Source: a virus (taxonomy: Duplodnaviria; Caudoviricetes). Taken from it: a stretch of 45,252 bases of DNA. The translations under genes were made by a program, and so were the position numbers. The DNA is taken from positions 1 through 45,252 of the IMG/VR virus record IMGVR_UViG_3300048575_000491; one strand, 5' to 3'. This document shows, piece by piece, positions 17,901 through 27,368 of the stretch (its first letter is position 1; each line of letters opens with the position of its first letter). The notes below the pieces were generated by a model. The model made no database searches, was not told the origin of the DNA, and worked only from the letters and a program-made list of their open reading frames with translations.

Positions 17901-20900
17901 CGCCGCCGATGGCCCCAACGATGCCGAGGGTCGACGAAAGCATGGACGACAACGAGCCGGCCGTGCTGGCTGCCGAGGTAAACGAACCCGAGGACCACTT
18001 GGCGAAAGACTCGCCAGCCGTCCACATATCGGACCCGGCGTTCCAAACGTCGCCGTAGCTGGCCAGCTCCTTACCGATGGATGCGCCAATGTCCGGGGCG
18101 TCGCCGATGACCATGGACAGGCCGGACGAGGACGAAGACAACGAATCGACCAAGCTGCTGCCGGTTTCCTTGCCGATCCACTTGCCCAGCGAAGTGAACG
18201 ACGAGAGGTCCAGGCCCGAGCCAGACGAACCACCCGAACCCGTCAGGCTGGACAAGCTGACGCCGCCGCCCGAGCTGGACGACGAGCCGAACAGGCTGCC
18301 CAGGCTGATGCCGTCCCCAGAGCCGAGGCGGCCGACAAAGTCGGTAAGCCACTTGCGGATTAGCTCCTCAATCATGCTGGCGAACATGTCGAGGATGCGG
18401 GAGCGCATATTTTGGATCAGGCTTTCAATGCTGCCCGTGCCATCCGCAAAGCTCCGCACCATGTCGCCGACGCCGCCGGCCACCCCGTCGATGACGCTGT
18501 TGGTGGCATCAATGATGCTTTGGGACGTTTGCTCCCAGGTCTCCTTGGCCCGGGTCGCCTCGCTTTTGTAGGTGCCATAGGCCAAAGCCCACTTGGCCGC
18601 CAAAGTCTCGGCGAACGTCCCGGCGTATTGCTCTTGCTTTTCCAGCAGCGCCTTGTTGTAGGCGTCCCATTGCTGCGCTTCGTAAATTTTGTAAGCCGTT
18701 TCGTCGGTGGCGTGTTGCTTGACCGTGGCGAGGTGTTGCTCAATGCGGGCGCGCTCGGCTTCCCAATACTGGTCGGAGACGCCGGAAAGGTCTTTGTATG
18801 CGGCAGTCTTGGCTTCCAAGAGCTTGGCGTTGTAGCCGTCCTGGAGCGCGGCCAGCATGGCCGTCTTCTGGGCTTCGTCCTGATAGCTGGATTCGATGAG
18901 CTGGCGTTTTTCGGCGTACCACGCATCAGCGGCCTTCTTGTCGGCCTCGTACTTCATGGCCGGGTCGCCGGTCGCCTGGGCTATATCCTGGAGGATTTGT
19001 GCCTGCTGCTTGAGCGTGGCGATGATGTCCTTCTGGACAGCTAGGTCTTTCATGCGCGGCCATGCGTCGCGGAGCTTTTGCAGTGCCTCCACATACGCAG
19101 CAGTATCGCCCTTGGCCCCGATCATGGCCTTTTCGGCCTGATTGATGGCCTGGACGAACCACTTGTCGACTCTGTCGGCTTCCTTGTTCATCCCGCCGGA
19201 CAGGGTGTCCTGCATGGATTGGAGCGACTGCGTCACGTTGTCCAGGTAGGCCGAGGCCTGCTCGCCGTAGCGCTCGGCGGCGACGGCAGCGGCGGCAGCG
19301 GACTTCGCGCCACGGTTGGCTTTCCGATCCAGCTTGTCGAGGCCGTCGTTGTAGGCACCGAGCGACGCATTGGCAGCATCGTTGAGCTTGCGGACAGTAT
19401 CCCAATCGCCGGCTGCCCAGGCCGCAGACCAACCTTTGGCGATGGTCTCTTGTTGGGACTTCAGGTTTTTGGCAAGTTCCGTTTGCTGCTGGTCTATCGG
19501 CGCGTGAGACTTGTTTTTTTCACCGATGGCGGCAGCTGCGGCCACGTTGTCTTTATATTGGCGCAGTCCAGCATTGTACTCTGCCCAATATCTGTTGGCG
19601 GCATCTCGTTCGGATTTAGACGGCAAACCGGGGATGGCGGATTCGTCATTCTGCGAGTTGCTGTAGCGTTTGCTTTCTTCGGCAAACTGCTTCGATATGG
19701 ACAGTCTTTTGTCTCGATAGCTTTGCAACAAATCGAGCTGGGCATTCAAATTTTCTTCAAGCTCTTTGCGCTTCGCAGGGTCAGCCTCATTGTAGAGCGC
19801 ATCGTTCATCTTTGCGGCATTTGATTCCATCGAAGAGATGCGCCAATTGCGGAACGAATCGGAATTGTCCAGAGCCGTAATGCCGGTTGCCAAGACAGCG
19901 CCGCCGACACCGCCGACACGCGCGCCAAGAGCCGCAGCCGTTCCATACTTCAGCAGCGTCTTCACTTCCTCCGGCACGGCCTGCCACGTGGCCTGAATGT
20001 CCTTTATCCCGGCAACAATGGCCCCTACGGCCGAGGGCGTTTCCGTGATAAGGATATTCAGAACATTCGACAGCCCTCCCGCAAGGCTTGCCAGCACGTC
20101 TTGGGTTGCCGGGTCTTGGATGACAGATTGCAGCTCCCGCATCGAATCCGTGGCCGCCGATACGTTGGAAGAAGCCGCATCCAGGAAAGCCGTGCCGAGC
20201 ATTGTCTCGAAGTCCTGGACATAGCGCTTGAACGATTGCAGCTGTTTCCCGACCGTTCCCATGGCCGCTTCGTAGGTGCCGGCCCGCTTTGCCCCTTCCT
20301 CCAGAACGGCGTTCAACGCGGCGGTTCGCTTCTGGGATTCGGTCAACTCGCCTTTGGTGATGCCCAAACTCTTGGCATACTGCTGGTAGGCGTCCTCTAG
20401 GCTGACCATGATGCCCATGTGGTGCAGCAACACGGTTTGCCCGGTCGTTATGCCTTGGACGATCTTGGCGAAAGCATCACTGGAATTGGTATTGGCGATA
20501 ACCGCCGCGTCCTGGGCCACCCGGGCCAGCTCGGCCGACTTGGTCAGGTCGAGTTGGGCGGCAGCCATCTTCGCCACCGATTCCCGGGCTTCAATCATGG
20601 AAATGCCGGCTTGTTGCACACCGGCAGCAAAGCCCAACATCTGCTCCCGGGAGTAGCCGGCGTTTTGGCCGACCTGCTCAAGCACCACACCCATGGTCTG
20701 GTAGCGAGCGGCAGCAGTCAGCGAGTCGGAAACCAGCCCAATGACGGACTTCAGTGAGACATAGGCGGCGACAGCGGCCGTAAGCTGGGCAATGAGCGGC
20801 CCGAAACTTCCGGCCGCCGCCGTTACACCACCCGAAATATCGGATAAAGACTTACTGGTTGCGGTAATTTGTGCCGGCGCGACGCCGAGCTGCCGCATAA

Positions 20901-21156
20901 GCTTGCCAAGCTCCTGTTGCGACAGCCCGGCAGCCGTGCCGAGGCGCTCGATTTGCGCGCGTGTCCGATCCAGAGCAGCGGCGGCTTGATCGGCCGACAG
21001 CTTATCCCGGAACCGATCCGCGAGCTTGGCCAGGGCATCATCGGAAAGCTTGACCGACGCACCGGTGCGATCCAGCACCTTGAGGAAATCCCCAAAGCTG
21101 GTGATCGCGCCGGCCGAGTCGGCCTCGACGATTACCTTGACCCGGTTTTCGTTCAC
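14941..21156 (-). CDS. Tail tape measure protein
   Basis: 2071 aa, Ala-rich and helical, following the chaperone genes; C-terminal FALGG...GERVLT motif. Confidence 0.9.
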   Translation of the reverse strand: MNENRVKVIVEADSAGAITSFGDFLKVLDRTGASVKLSDDALAKLADRFRDKLSADQAAAALDRTRAQIERLGTAAGLSQQELGKLMRQLGVAPAQITATSKSLSDISGGVTAAAGSFGPLIAQLTAAVAAYVSLKSVIGLVSDSLTAAARYQTMGVVLEQVGQNAGYSREQMLGFAAGVQQAGISMIEARESVAKMAAAQLDLTKSAELARVAQDAAVIANTNSSDAFAKIVQGITTGQTVLLHHMGIMVSLEDAYQQYAKSLGITKGELTESQKRTAALNAVLEEGAKRAGTYEAAMGTVGKQLQSFKRYVQDFETMLGTAFLDAASSNVSAATDSMRELQSVIQDPATQDVLASLAGGLSNVLNILITETPSAVGAIVAGIKDIQATWQAVPEEVKTLLKYGTAAALGARVGGVGGAVLATGITALDNSDSFRNWRISSMESNAAKMNDALYNEADPAKRKELEENLNAQLDLLQSYRDKRLSISKQFAEESKRYSNSQNDESAIPGLPSKSERDAANRYWAEYNAGLRQYKDNVAAAAAIGEKNKSHAPIDQQQTELAKNLKSQQETIAKGWSAAWAAGDWDTVRKLNDAANASLGAYNDGLDKLDRKANRGAKSAAAAAVAAERYGEQASAYLDNVTQSLQSMQDTLSGGMNKEADRVDKWFVQAINQAEKAMIGAKGDTAAYVEALQKLRDAWPRMKDLAVQKDIIATLKQQAQILQDIAQATGDPAMKYEADKKAADAWYAEKRQLIESSYQDEAQKTAMLAALQDGYNAKLLEAKTAAYKDLSGVSDQYWEAERARIEQHLATVKQHATDETAYKIYEAQQWDAYNKALLEKQEQYAGTFAETLAAKWALAYGTYKSEATRAKETWEQTSQSIIDATNSVIDGVAGGVGDMVRSFADGTGSIESLIQNMRSRILDMFASMIEELIRKWLTDFVGRLGSGDGISLGSLFGSSSSSGGGVSLSSLTGSGGSSGSGLDLSSFTSLGKWIGKETGSSLVDSLSSSSSGLSMVIGDAPDIGASIGKELASYGDVWNAGSDMWTAGESFAKWSSGSFTSAASTAGSLSSMLSSTLGIVGAIGGVVGLVSSLFSSSEKTEKTGSGYKIAINAGTLNMSGVDFYKTTKTSGFGGTSTSYSTVSTGMVDPDVAKQVNDTLKETAEQLHDFAKTLGFSVDILDSFSMPEMTITDGQLQSYMRNTSNAMAFSALDEAGLRGAFDFVADKYEVYVDEFKRLADAYKLVGGYTEAYGYDLETLAGITADQIAEIRQVNTETAQGTAQALLSMASSMGATEAQLAELAATASDGSQALAVTDEQLSKILQADYASDLIDAVGGEDAFSTLMTNLVKNTLDSVQAYEENATYYAGKAGEAIEELGRSGVTIANFWDAFDQAMHGALSVEEFERWADAAGWVNALNVVTDALEDWADTVAKAYQSLDVRAMQAQGLDYQAELAELLASAEWELVAAREAGYDAAYLSRLAEVQALEYAAKIAEHAEDYAGELREAQKRYATAIDDSGTLVTLAIAENQAELQKLAKEYNWSPGSAEEELFQTLQRAQWAEIINMIQETADATAEATRAMRADLEARRATIAGYDEEAQALQMVAGFADELAQAYADGIDPDLITDLMSVQMDELAQYWADTIDKMSDDLRDLYQTQSELLNSLTGNTQSAIEELYGLFERYQAGETDLADSIIDSLKAIANAVNDMVEDIYSTIYEIRTGEDYRTDTADVAAANAKSYFEEQYAKAAAGDTEAMSNITSYATSYLSALKSSTADESVYRSGVDWITSMLSQLATSGTGIGGELTGIGKTVTDDQIEEARKALHRAEVAQAKSKADALFTQSQEAFKGSDVAKYISGLATTGIGWQGLTDLFADYEGDGRTRLQELQSGQLNWTDYIGWFLNHYGVGTGYVDWSGAMGLYRQYAGALPGGSETLYQSYIAAQDAYLALKSQYGFALGGVISSPSTAGDNTLVFANGGERVLTPRQNDAFEELVFGGGQGGGRLVEALIARVDRLTDAVDAAKKANTEENRAMTRRLTSIASQVDDWALNGSLQVGVKGPVEVTGTVEVAP

Positions 21157-21435
21157 TTAAAACAACCTCGGCCGTTTGGCCTCAAGCACGGTTTCCAGAA
21201 TCCCGAGATCCCGCCACGTATCCAGCGAGAGCGTGCCCGCCTCGAACGGATAACCGCCCAGACGCAGCAGGCGCAGATCCATGAGCCGCAGCACGTAGAG
21301 CGAGGGGCGGACCTTGTACTTCGGGCAGCGCCGGCACAGAACGGAAAGCCACGTTCCCTTTTCCTTCTTGCACTTCTCCCGCCCCCCCTCGCATCGGTCC
21401 AACGTGCGCTCGATGGCGGCGACTAAGGGTTTTCC
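21157..21435 (-). CDS. Tail assembly chaperone gpT-like frame, reached by -1 frameshift
   Basis: The -1 frame is open from the slippery G GAA AAC (21435-21429) to the stop at 21157. Confidence 0.65.
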   Translation of the reverse strand, partial: GKPLVAAIERTLDRCEGGREKCKKEKGTWLSVLCRRCPKYKVRPSLYVLRLMDLRLLRLGGYPFEAGTLSLDTWRDLGILETVLEAKRPRLF

Positions 21436-21941
21436 GGCGCGGCCTCCGGCGCGCTCGGAGCGGCGGACAGGGCGTCGTGACAGGCGTCGTCGGCGTCGGC
21501 GGCGGCTTCGAGATCGAAATCGAGGTCGGCGTCGTCAAGGCTTTCGATGGTCACTTCGAGCTGTTCGTCGCCGGCTTTCTTGTCGCTGACGCCGGCAAAA
21601 ATCTTCTGTCCCACGGCGCGCAAGACCTCGGGCATGGACTTCAGGAAATCCTTCTTCCAGGTCGGGTAGAAATTGGGGCTGTCCTTGTCCGAGGAGATGA
21701 CCACGTCCCGGGCCTTGTGGTCCCCTTCGCGGAATCCGGTCAGGACTTGGGCCGCCAGCTCGGCCTGCTTTTTGTAGGTCTTGTCGGTGATAACGATCTT
21801 TTTGCCCCGCCGTTCGGCGGCATTGGCCCATTTGAGGCGCTCGGCGTCCGTGGGGTTCCGGTAGTAGAACTCCATCTCGGTATCGGAAGCGGCGTCATAG
21901 ACTTCGGCAACGTTGCGGTCGGGGAAAAGTTCGCGGGCCAT
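21423..21941 (-). CDS. Tail assembly chaperone (lambda gpG-like position)
   Basis: Lies between the major tail gene and TMP; AAGGAG RBS; acidic C-terminus. Confidence 0.75.
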   Translation of the reverse strand: MARELFPDRNVAEVYDAASDTEMEFYYRNPTDAERLKWANAAERRGKKIVITDKTYKKQAELAAQVLTGFREGDHKARDVVISSDKDSPNFYPTWKKDFLKSMPEVLRAVGQKIFAGVSDKKAGDEQLEVTIESLDDADLDFDLEAAADADDACHDALSAAPSAPEAAPENP

Positions 21942-21976
21942 GGTGGCGCTCCTTGCTTTGGTTTGGAGGTTCAGGC

Positions 21977-23140
21977 TTAGAAAAAGCAGAGATACAGTTC
22001 GTCGTCGCCGGTGCGGACCTGACAGGGGGTGTAGGACTCGGCGTAGGTGGCCAGTCCGACGCGGTTGCCGTACTTGAGGTCCGAGCGCTGGCAGGCCCCC
22101 AAGTGGAAGGCCATGCGGTTGCCCGGCGTGTTGCCCAAAAAGCCGTTGATTCGGCTCTTGGTCCCCGACTTCCACAGTTCCCAGGGGTTGTACTTGGCGA
22201 GCTTGTCCACCTCGGGGTCCAGGGAGCCGGACGGCTCACGGCCGGTGATGAGCATCCCCACCAGCCCCTCGGCTGCGTTGATGTCGTTGCGCTTTTCGAC
22301 CTTGGCCCCCAGGTCGAGTTTGAGGGCGGTACAGACCGGTGTGTAGTCGCCAATCTTGACGCCCATCCCGAGAGCCTGGATGCCGACCAGCTCGGTAAGG
22401 GTCGGGGCCGGCAGCTCCGAGTCGACGGGATCGGACCACAGGGCGGATAGCTTGAAATCGAACGTGGCGATCTTGCCGACCTGGGCGTCCAGGCTCCAGG
22501 TACCGATGGCGCCGAGCGCCTTGTGCAGGATCGCGTCCCGCCAGAAGTAAGACGCCACGGACTTCTGGGCGCTGACCTGGGCGGTGATGGGCTGGTACAG
22601 CAAGGCCTTGGTGGCGGCGGAGGCGGCGGCCGTGACGTTCGAGGTGCCGCCGGTGATGGACTCAATGGCGAAATCCTCCGAGCCTTCGGCCAGGACAACC
22701 ACCAGCAGGCCATCGCGCTCGATGTATTCGATCACTCCGGAGGCGGTCGACGTGGCCCCGGTCACGGTCTCGCCGGCCTGCCACGCGCCGCCGGCCGGCA
22801 CAGCCAGACGCACGGCGTTTCGGCGCTGCATTCCGCAGCACTGCAACAGCGGGTCATAGTCCGGCGGCAACGGCGTGATGCCGTCGGGGGCCATCCCGCC
22901 GCCCCGGGCTTCGACCTGGAGGGACAGATCAAGGGACTTGGCCCCGATGATGCTGCCGGCCGGGGAATGCGTGGTGCGGATGACGTTGCGGGCTTCCTTG
23001 TCCGCGTTGGGGGTGATTTCGGCCCCTTTGTTGATGAGGACGCCGTGGGTGGCCGGGCTTAGGGTCGGGTCCACGCCATAGGTGGCCTCCAGCCCGCACA
23101 GGATGGCCGAGACGTCGGCGCGTTGGTTGTCGATGGCCAT
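21977..23140 (-). CDS. Major tail (tube) protein
   Basis: EATYGVDP N-terminus and GDDELYL C-terminus; position after the tail terminator. Confidence 0.8.
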   Translation of the reverse strand: MAIDNQRADVSAILCGLEATYGVDPTLSPATHGVLINKGAEITPNADKEARNVIRTTHSPAGSIIGAKSLDLSLQVEARGGGMAPDGITPLPPDYDPLLQCCGMQRRNAVRLAVPAGGAWQAGETVTGATSTASGVIEYIERDGLLVVVLAEGSEDFAIESITGGTSNVTAAASAATKALLYQPITAQVSAQKSVASYFWRDAILHKALGAIGTWSLDAQVGKIATFDFKLSALWSDPVDSELPAPTLTELVGIQALGMGVKIGDYTPVCTALKLDLGAKVEKRNDINAAEGLVGMLITGREPSGSLDPEVDKLAKYNPWELWKSGTKSRINGFLGNTPGNRMAFHLGACQRSDLKYGNRVGLATYAESYTPCQVRTGDDELYLCFF

Positions 23141-23146
23141 GATGGT

Positions 23147-23614
23147 TTACTCCATGGGGACGAGGTAAACGGTTTCGATGACATACCGGGCCGAGTAAAC
23201 GGACACGGAGCGGCCCTGGATTTCGGACTGTTGGCTGACGCGCACGCACGGGAACACGTCGTCGGCCGCGATGACCCGCCGGCCCTCTAGGAGGTCGGCG
23301 ACGCCGTCCAGCAGCGCGTAGCTGCCCGGGTTGGTGGAGCCTCCCCGGCGAGCCTGGGATTGATCCTGCTCGTGGCGGTCACACGCAAAAACGATGAACT
23401 CCATGAACTCGGCGCGCCGTCGCCCGCGATCCTCGGGCGTGGAGCCGGTGTAGTGGACCAGCACGGCCGGCCACTGCTGCACGGCGGCCACGAACTTATC
23501 GGGGTCCAGCTCCCCGTTGTACGCCTCAATGGCGCGTACTTTGTGGCTGGCGACCAACGGGGCCAGGGCGGCCAGGACGGCGTCCTCGACCTGCTGGATG
23601 GGGCGTCTAGCCAT
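23147..23614 (-). CDS. Mu gp37-like tail terminator
   Basis: IEAYNGEL...PAVLV...GSYALLD pattern; synteny. Confidence 0.7.
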   Translation of the reverse strand: MARRPIQQVEDAVLAALAPLVASHKVRAIEAYNGELDPDKFVAAVQQWPAVLVHYTGSTPEDRGRRRAEFMEFIVFACDRHEQDQSQARRGGSTNPGSYALLDGVADLLEGRRVIAADDVFPCVRVSQQSEIQGRSVSVYSARYVIETVYLVPME

Positions 23615-24092
23615 TGATGACGTCCCCCAGGTGCTGGTTGATGATGTCGATGCACGTCCGCAGGTAGAGATCGGGGAGCGGCGATTCTGGCATGTACCGC
23701 CGGGCTGGAACCTCCACCGAGTGCCCCCGGCCGGCCGGACCGCCGAACATCTGGATGGCGGCATAAGGCGAAGATGCCCCCCAGCCGGCCCCGATCTCCA
23801 CAGCGTTGGGGAAGGCCTTCCAGTTCAACGACCGGAACAGCTCGCCACTGACCCGCAGGATCGGCCCCGGCCAGTGCTTGGTTTTCGCCCTGGCCAGGAT
23901 GGTGGCGACTGCCAACGGCTTCCAGGGAGTGCCGTCCGGGGCCTGCTCCTTGAGGAATCCGATCTTGGCCAGATTGATCCAGCGGCCGCCGATCTCATCC
24001 ATGACATCGGTCAGGTTCCCCAGCCGACCAACCAGCCGCCACAGGGTGGCCCGGACCGCTTCGTCGATGATGCGGATCGTCGTGCCGGCCAT
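23607..24092 (-). CDS. Virion morphogenesis protein (Mu gpG / P2 gpS family)
   Basis: PDGTPWKPL, YAAIQMFGG and VPARRYM motifs. Confidence 0.85.
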   Translation of the reverse strand: MAGTTIRIIDEAVRATLWRLVGRLGNLTDVMDEIGGRWINLAKIGFLKEQAPDGTPWKPLAVATILARAKTKHWPGPILRVSGELFRSLNWKAFPNAVEIGAGWGASSPYAAIQMFGGPAGRGHSVEVPARRYMPESPLPDLYLRTCIDIINQHLGDVING

Positions 24093-24093
24093 C

Positions 24094-24528
24094 TTAAAAA
24101 TCCTTGAGGCCCTTGGCGGTCATGACTCGATCCGACGCGCTAAACAGCACGGCCGCGCCCTCGGCCGGGGCCGGCGCGGCGATGCCGGCCGCCTGGAGGG
24201 TGAAGCGCCCGGCGGCGAGGTCGCGCAGCTGGCCGAGGGTGGTTTTGTAATCCTCGGCGACCTTGTCCGGGGCCTCGCCCTGGTACAGGCCATAGAGGGC
24301 GATGCACGCCTGCCAGCCGGCAACCCCGTCGGGCGGGGCCGTCGCGCTGAACGGCACGGCGTAGCCGGCAGACCGGGCGTAGCCGTGGATCACGGCGGCC
24401 GCGTCGGCCAGCGCCTGGTCAAGCACCTGGTCAACAATGGCCCCGGCCTTGGGGAAGGCCCGGTCCGTGAGTTGCACGAGCTTGGTCTCGCCGTAGCGGG
24501 CGATCATGCCGGTCTTGTCAACGTACAT
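24094..24528 (-). CDS. Mu gp36-like head-tail adaptor (DUF1320)
   Basis: MY...RYGE..L.QLTDR...ALADA...IA.Y.LY pattern. Confidence 0.85.
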   Translation of the reverse strand: MYVDKTGMIARYGETKLVQLTDRAFPKAGAIVDQVLDQALADAAAVIHGYARSAGYAVPFSATAPPDGVAGWQACIALYGLYQGEAPDKVAEDYKTTLGQLRDLAAGRFTLQAAGIAAPAPAEGAAVLFSASDRVMTAKGLKDF

Positions 24529-24553
24529 CGCCGTATCTCCTTATTGTCCTGGC

Positions 24554-24862
24554 CTATTCGCCGTCGGCCTTGGACTTGCCGGCCTTGGCGGGTTTGTCGG
24601 TCTTGTCGTCGCCGGCCGGCTCCGGCTCGCCGGGGGCGGCGGCCGGATCGTCCACGTCGGCGCGGCCCTCCAGTTGCAGGGGCGGCCGCGGATCGTCGGG
24701 CAGGTCCAGCTCCTGGACCACGAGCCGGGGCTCGGCCATGAGCGCGTCGAGCTGCTCGGGGGTGAGGCTGTCGGCCGGGTGGTCCACGGCCCGGGCCGGG
24801 TGAGACAGGCCGGCCCGGCGGAAGCCGTCTTTTTTCGAGGTGATGCGGTAGACTTTGGGCAT
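24554..24862 (-). CDS. Mu gp35-like protein
   Basis: ITSKKDGFRRAG...L.AEPRL.V motif directly after the major head gene. Confidence 0.75.
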   Translation of the reverse strand: MPKVYRITSKKDGFRRAGLSHPARAVDHPADSLTPEQLDALMAEPRLVVQELDLPDDPRPPLQLEGRADVDDPAAAPGEPEPAGDDKTDKPAKAGKSKADGE

Positions 24863-24876
24863 GGCATCCTCCCCGG

Positions 24877-25767
24877 CTACGCCAGCCACGGGGTGACGAG
24901 CACGTCCACGGCCCCGCGCTGCACGTTGGTGGTGTTGTTGATGATGTCGGCCTTGGTGATGGTCAGAGCGGCGTCGCGCAGGGTCGGCGGCACTACGAGC
25001 AGAGACGGCCGGATGCCCAGCGGCTTGCCATTGTCGCCCTTGATGGACATCAAGGCCGCGTAGGCCGCGCCGAAGTTCGCGGCGTCGAGGGTCTGCTTGC
25101 TGGCATAAGCGAGCTGCCACAGGCCAAAGCCCACGTTCACCCGTGCATCGACGCCGTAGCGGAAGAGCTTGCGAGAAAAGACGGATTCGTCGTCGGGTTT
25201 GTCCATGGCCACGAACTGGTAGTCCTGGCGCTTCTGGAAAATCAGAGGTTTGACGGCGCGGGTGGCGTCCACCAGAAACCACGGCGTCCCGGCACCGCCC
25301 GCGAAGTTGGAGACCGAGACTGCCTGCCCGTTGGCACCGATCACGGGATGGTCGGTGTCAAAGAAATACTGCCCATCGTAGCAGGGCGTGGTGAACCCGG
25401 CGGCAAGCAAGGCGAAGATCAGCTCATCCGGGTGAGTTTTGGCGTCCTGGCCGAGCTGGGCCAGGATCGGGGTGTAGACGCCCAGGGTGTCGTCAGCGAT
25501 GTCATTCCGATCCACGCCGACGGTATTTTCGAAGTCCTTGTTTTTGATTGTGAAGTCGTGGGTCTTCAGGTTCTGGATGACACGGTCACCCAGCCACTCC
25601 CGAAATCGGGTCACGGTCCCCAGCCAGCCGTATTCTTCCATTTTGGTGGCCGAGGGCACGACCATGGCCACCTTGGCGTAATCGCTCGGCGCGCCGTCAA
25701 AGGCGTTTTGGAAGATGGTCTTGAAGCCCGTAAACAAGGCTCTCAAGGCTTGCGAGTTGATAATCAT
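24877..25767 (-). CDS. Mu gpT-like major capsid protein
   Basis: YGWLG...REWLGDR, CYDGQYFFDTDHPV, KPLIFQ.R and P..LVVPP.L motifs. Confidence 0.95.
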   Translation of the reverse strand: MIINSQALRALFTGFKTIFQNAFDGAPSDYAKVAMVVPSATKMEEYGWLGTVTRFREWLGDRVIQNLKTHDFTIKNKDFENTVGVDRNDIADDTLGVYTPILAQLGQDAKTHPDELIFALLAAGFTTPCYDGQYFFDTDHPVIGANGQAVSVSNFAGGAGTPWFLVDATRAVKPLIFQKRQDYQFVAMDKPDDESVFSRKLFRYGVDARVNVGFGLWQLAYASKQTLDAANFGAAYAALMSIKGDNGKPLGIRPSLLVVPPTLRDAALTITKADIINNTTNVQRGAVDVLVTPWLA

Positions 25768-25776
25768 GGTCCCTCC

Positions 25777-26178
25777 TTAGAACTGGACCCAGACGCCTTC
25801 GGCGGTCAGGTCGCGGATGATGCCGACGGCCGAGCGAGTGCCGGTGCCGTCCGTGGGGGCCACGGTCTGATCGTCCACGGCGTAGGCGCTGCCGCCGATG
25901 TGGGTGCGGGTCACGTTGCCGTCATTCGCGAAGGCGAACACGCCGCGTTCGACGGTGACGAAGACGTCGCCGGCCGCGCCGGTGGAATTGTCGACCGTTT
26001 CCTTGGCCCGGCCGCGCCCCTTGAGGCCCGTGGCCGTGATTGCCGGCTTGGCGTTGCCCGAGGCGTCGAGCACCACCAGGGCACCGGCGTAAATCTTCAC
26101 GCCAGCAGCCACGGGATCGCAGACGACCTGTCCGGAGCGCTCCGGGGTGTTGCGTTCCTGGATCAAGGCAGCCATCAA
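25777..26178 (-). CDS. Capsid decoration/cement-like protein
   Basis: Small beta-rich ORF between the protease and capsid genes. Confidence 0.65.
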   Translation of the reverse strand: MMAALIQERNTPERSGQVVCDPVAAGVKIYAGALVVLDASGNAKPAITATGLKGRGRAKETVDNSTGAAGDVFVTVERGVFAFANDGNVTRTHIGGSAYAVDDQTVAPTDGTGTRSAVGIIRDLTAEGVWVQF

Positions 26179-27329
26179 CTCACCTCCTTATCGACGTTGC
26201 GTTTGTAGTCCTCGGGCGACAGGCCGAGCTGCGAACACACGGCCAGATCGGCCTCCCCGAGCTGGCCGGCGGCCGGCGGGGCGTAGCCCGGGCCGTGCTG
26301 GCCGGGAGCGACGACGGCCGGCGCGACGGCCAAATAAGCCTCGAAGCCCGCGAGGTCTTTGGACGCATAGGCAAGCGCCCAATCCTTGCCGGCGGGCGTG
26401 ACCTTCCCGGCCTTCATGGCCGCCTCGACGGCTTCGGCGGCCTTGTCCCGGGCTTGCGTGTCTTCCAGGGCCTTGAGGCGCGAGGAAACGGCCACAAATT
26501 CGGACATGGGCACATGCTTGGTGGGATCGGGATTGGCGGTCTGCTGCTGGCCCTTGTTGGCTCCAACCAGCTCCTTGGCGCAGGCGGCCAGTTGGGCCGG
26601 CTTGACCGAGCCGGTCAGGCCGAGGGCATGGGCGGTCTCGTTGACGGCGGCCAGGGCCTCGGCCACGGCCGTGTCGATGACCTGGGGCGTGGCCGTCTCG
26701 GGCAGCCCCAGCCGTTTGGACATGACGGCCAGCGTCTGGCCGGTCACCGTATCCCGGCCGGCAATCGTCTTGGCATGAGCCTCCAAGGCCTCGAATGTGG
26801 TCTCGGCCGGAAGCCCCAGCGCGGCGCAAAGCGCGGCATGTTTGGGGTCCATTTCGCCTCCGTTGTTGCGGAGCCTGCTGGCCACGGCCTGCATCTCCAG
26901 TTCTGGGGTGTTGGTGAGGGCGGCGTGCTCAATGCGCATGACCCGGCCGCTTTCGTCGTAGAGAAAGACGGGAGACAAATAGCGGTACTCGCGGTCACGC
27001 AACCGATTCGCTGCCGTGCGCGTCCATTCCACCCGTGCCCAAACGCCCCCGTCCCGGACCTCAAACCCTTTGATCCAGCCGGCGGCGAGCGCGGGTTGGC
27101 CGTTGGTTCGGCTCCAGAGGGTCTGATGGTCGTAGTCGATGGGCAGGTCCGCGCCGGCAGCGGCATCCAGCGTGGCGTCAATCACGCCCTGCGGATCGTC
27201 CAGCAGGAACGGACCGATGCCAGTCCGGCCGGAAAACGATCCGGCAGGCATGATTTGGACCCATTCGGGAGCCGCGCCGGCAGGGCCGGCGGGCAGGGGC
27301 ATGGAAGAGTTGGCGGCGCGTTGCAGCAT
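26175..27329 (-). CDS. Mu gpI-like prohead protease/scaffold
   Basis: IDYDHQ, AAGWI, YRYLSPVF and ALTNTP motifs; Ala-rich scaffold C-terminus. Confidence 0.93.
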   Translation of the reverse strand: MLQRAANSSMPLPAGPAGAAPEWVQIMPAGSFSGRTGIGPFLLDDPQGVIDATLDAAAGADLPIDYDHQTLWSRTNGQPALAAGWIKGFEVRDGGVWARVEWTRTAANRLRDREYRYLSPVFLYDESGRVMRIEHAALTNTPELEMQAVASRLRNNGGEMDPKHAALCAALGLPAETTFEALEAHAKTIAGRDTVTGQTLAVMSKRLGLPETATPQVIDTAVAEALAAVNETAHALGLTGSVKPAQLAACAKELVGANKGQQQTANPDPTKHVPMSEFVAVSSRLKALEDTQARDKAAEAVEAAMKAGKVTPAGKDWALAYASKDLAGFEAYLAVAPAVVAPGQHGPGYAPPAAGQLGEADLAVCSQLGLSPEDYKRNVDKEVS

Positions 27330-27368
27330 GGCCCGAGGTCTACCCGGGCCGGGCGCGGAGATGAGAAC

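Noticed and set aside
21977-24528. Contractile tail or tailocin
   Set aside because: No sheath or baseplate wedge genes, and complete head and transposition modules are present.
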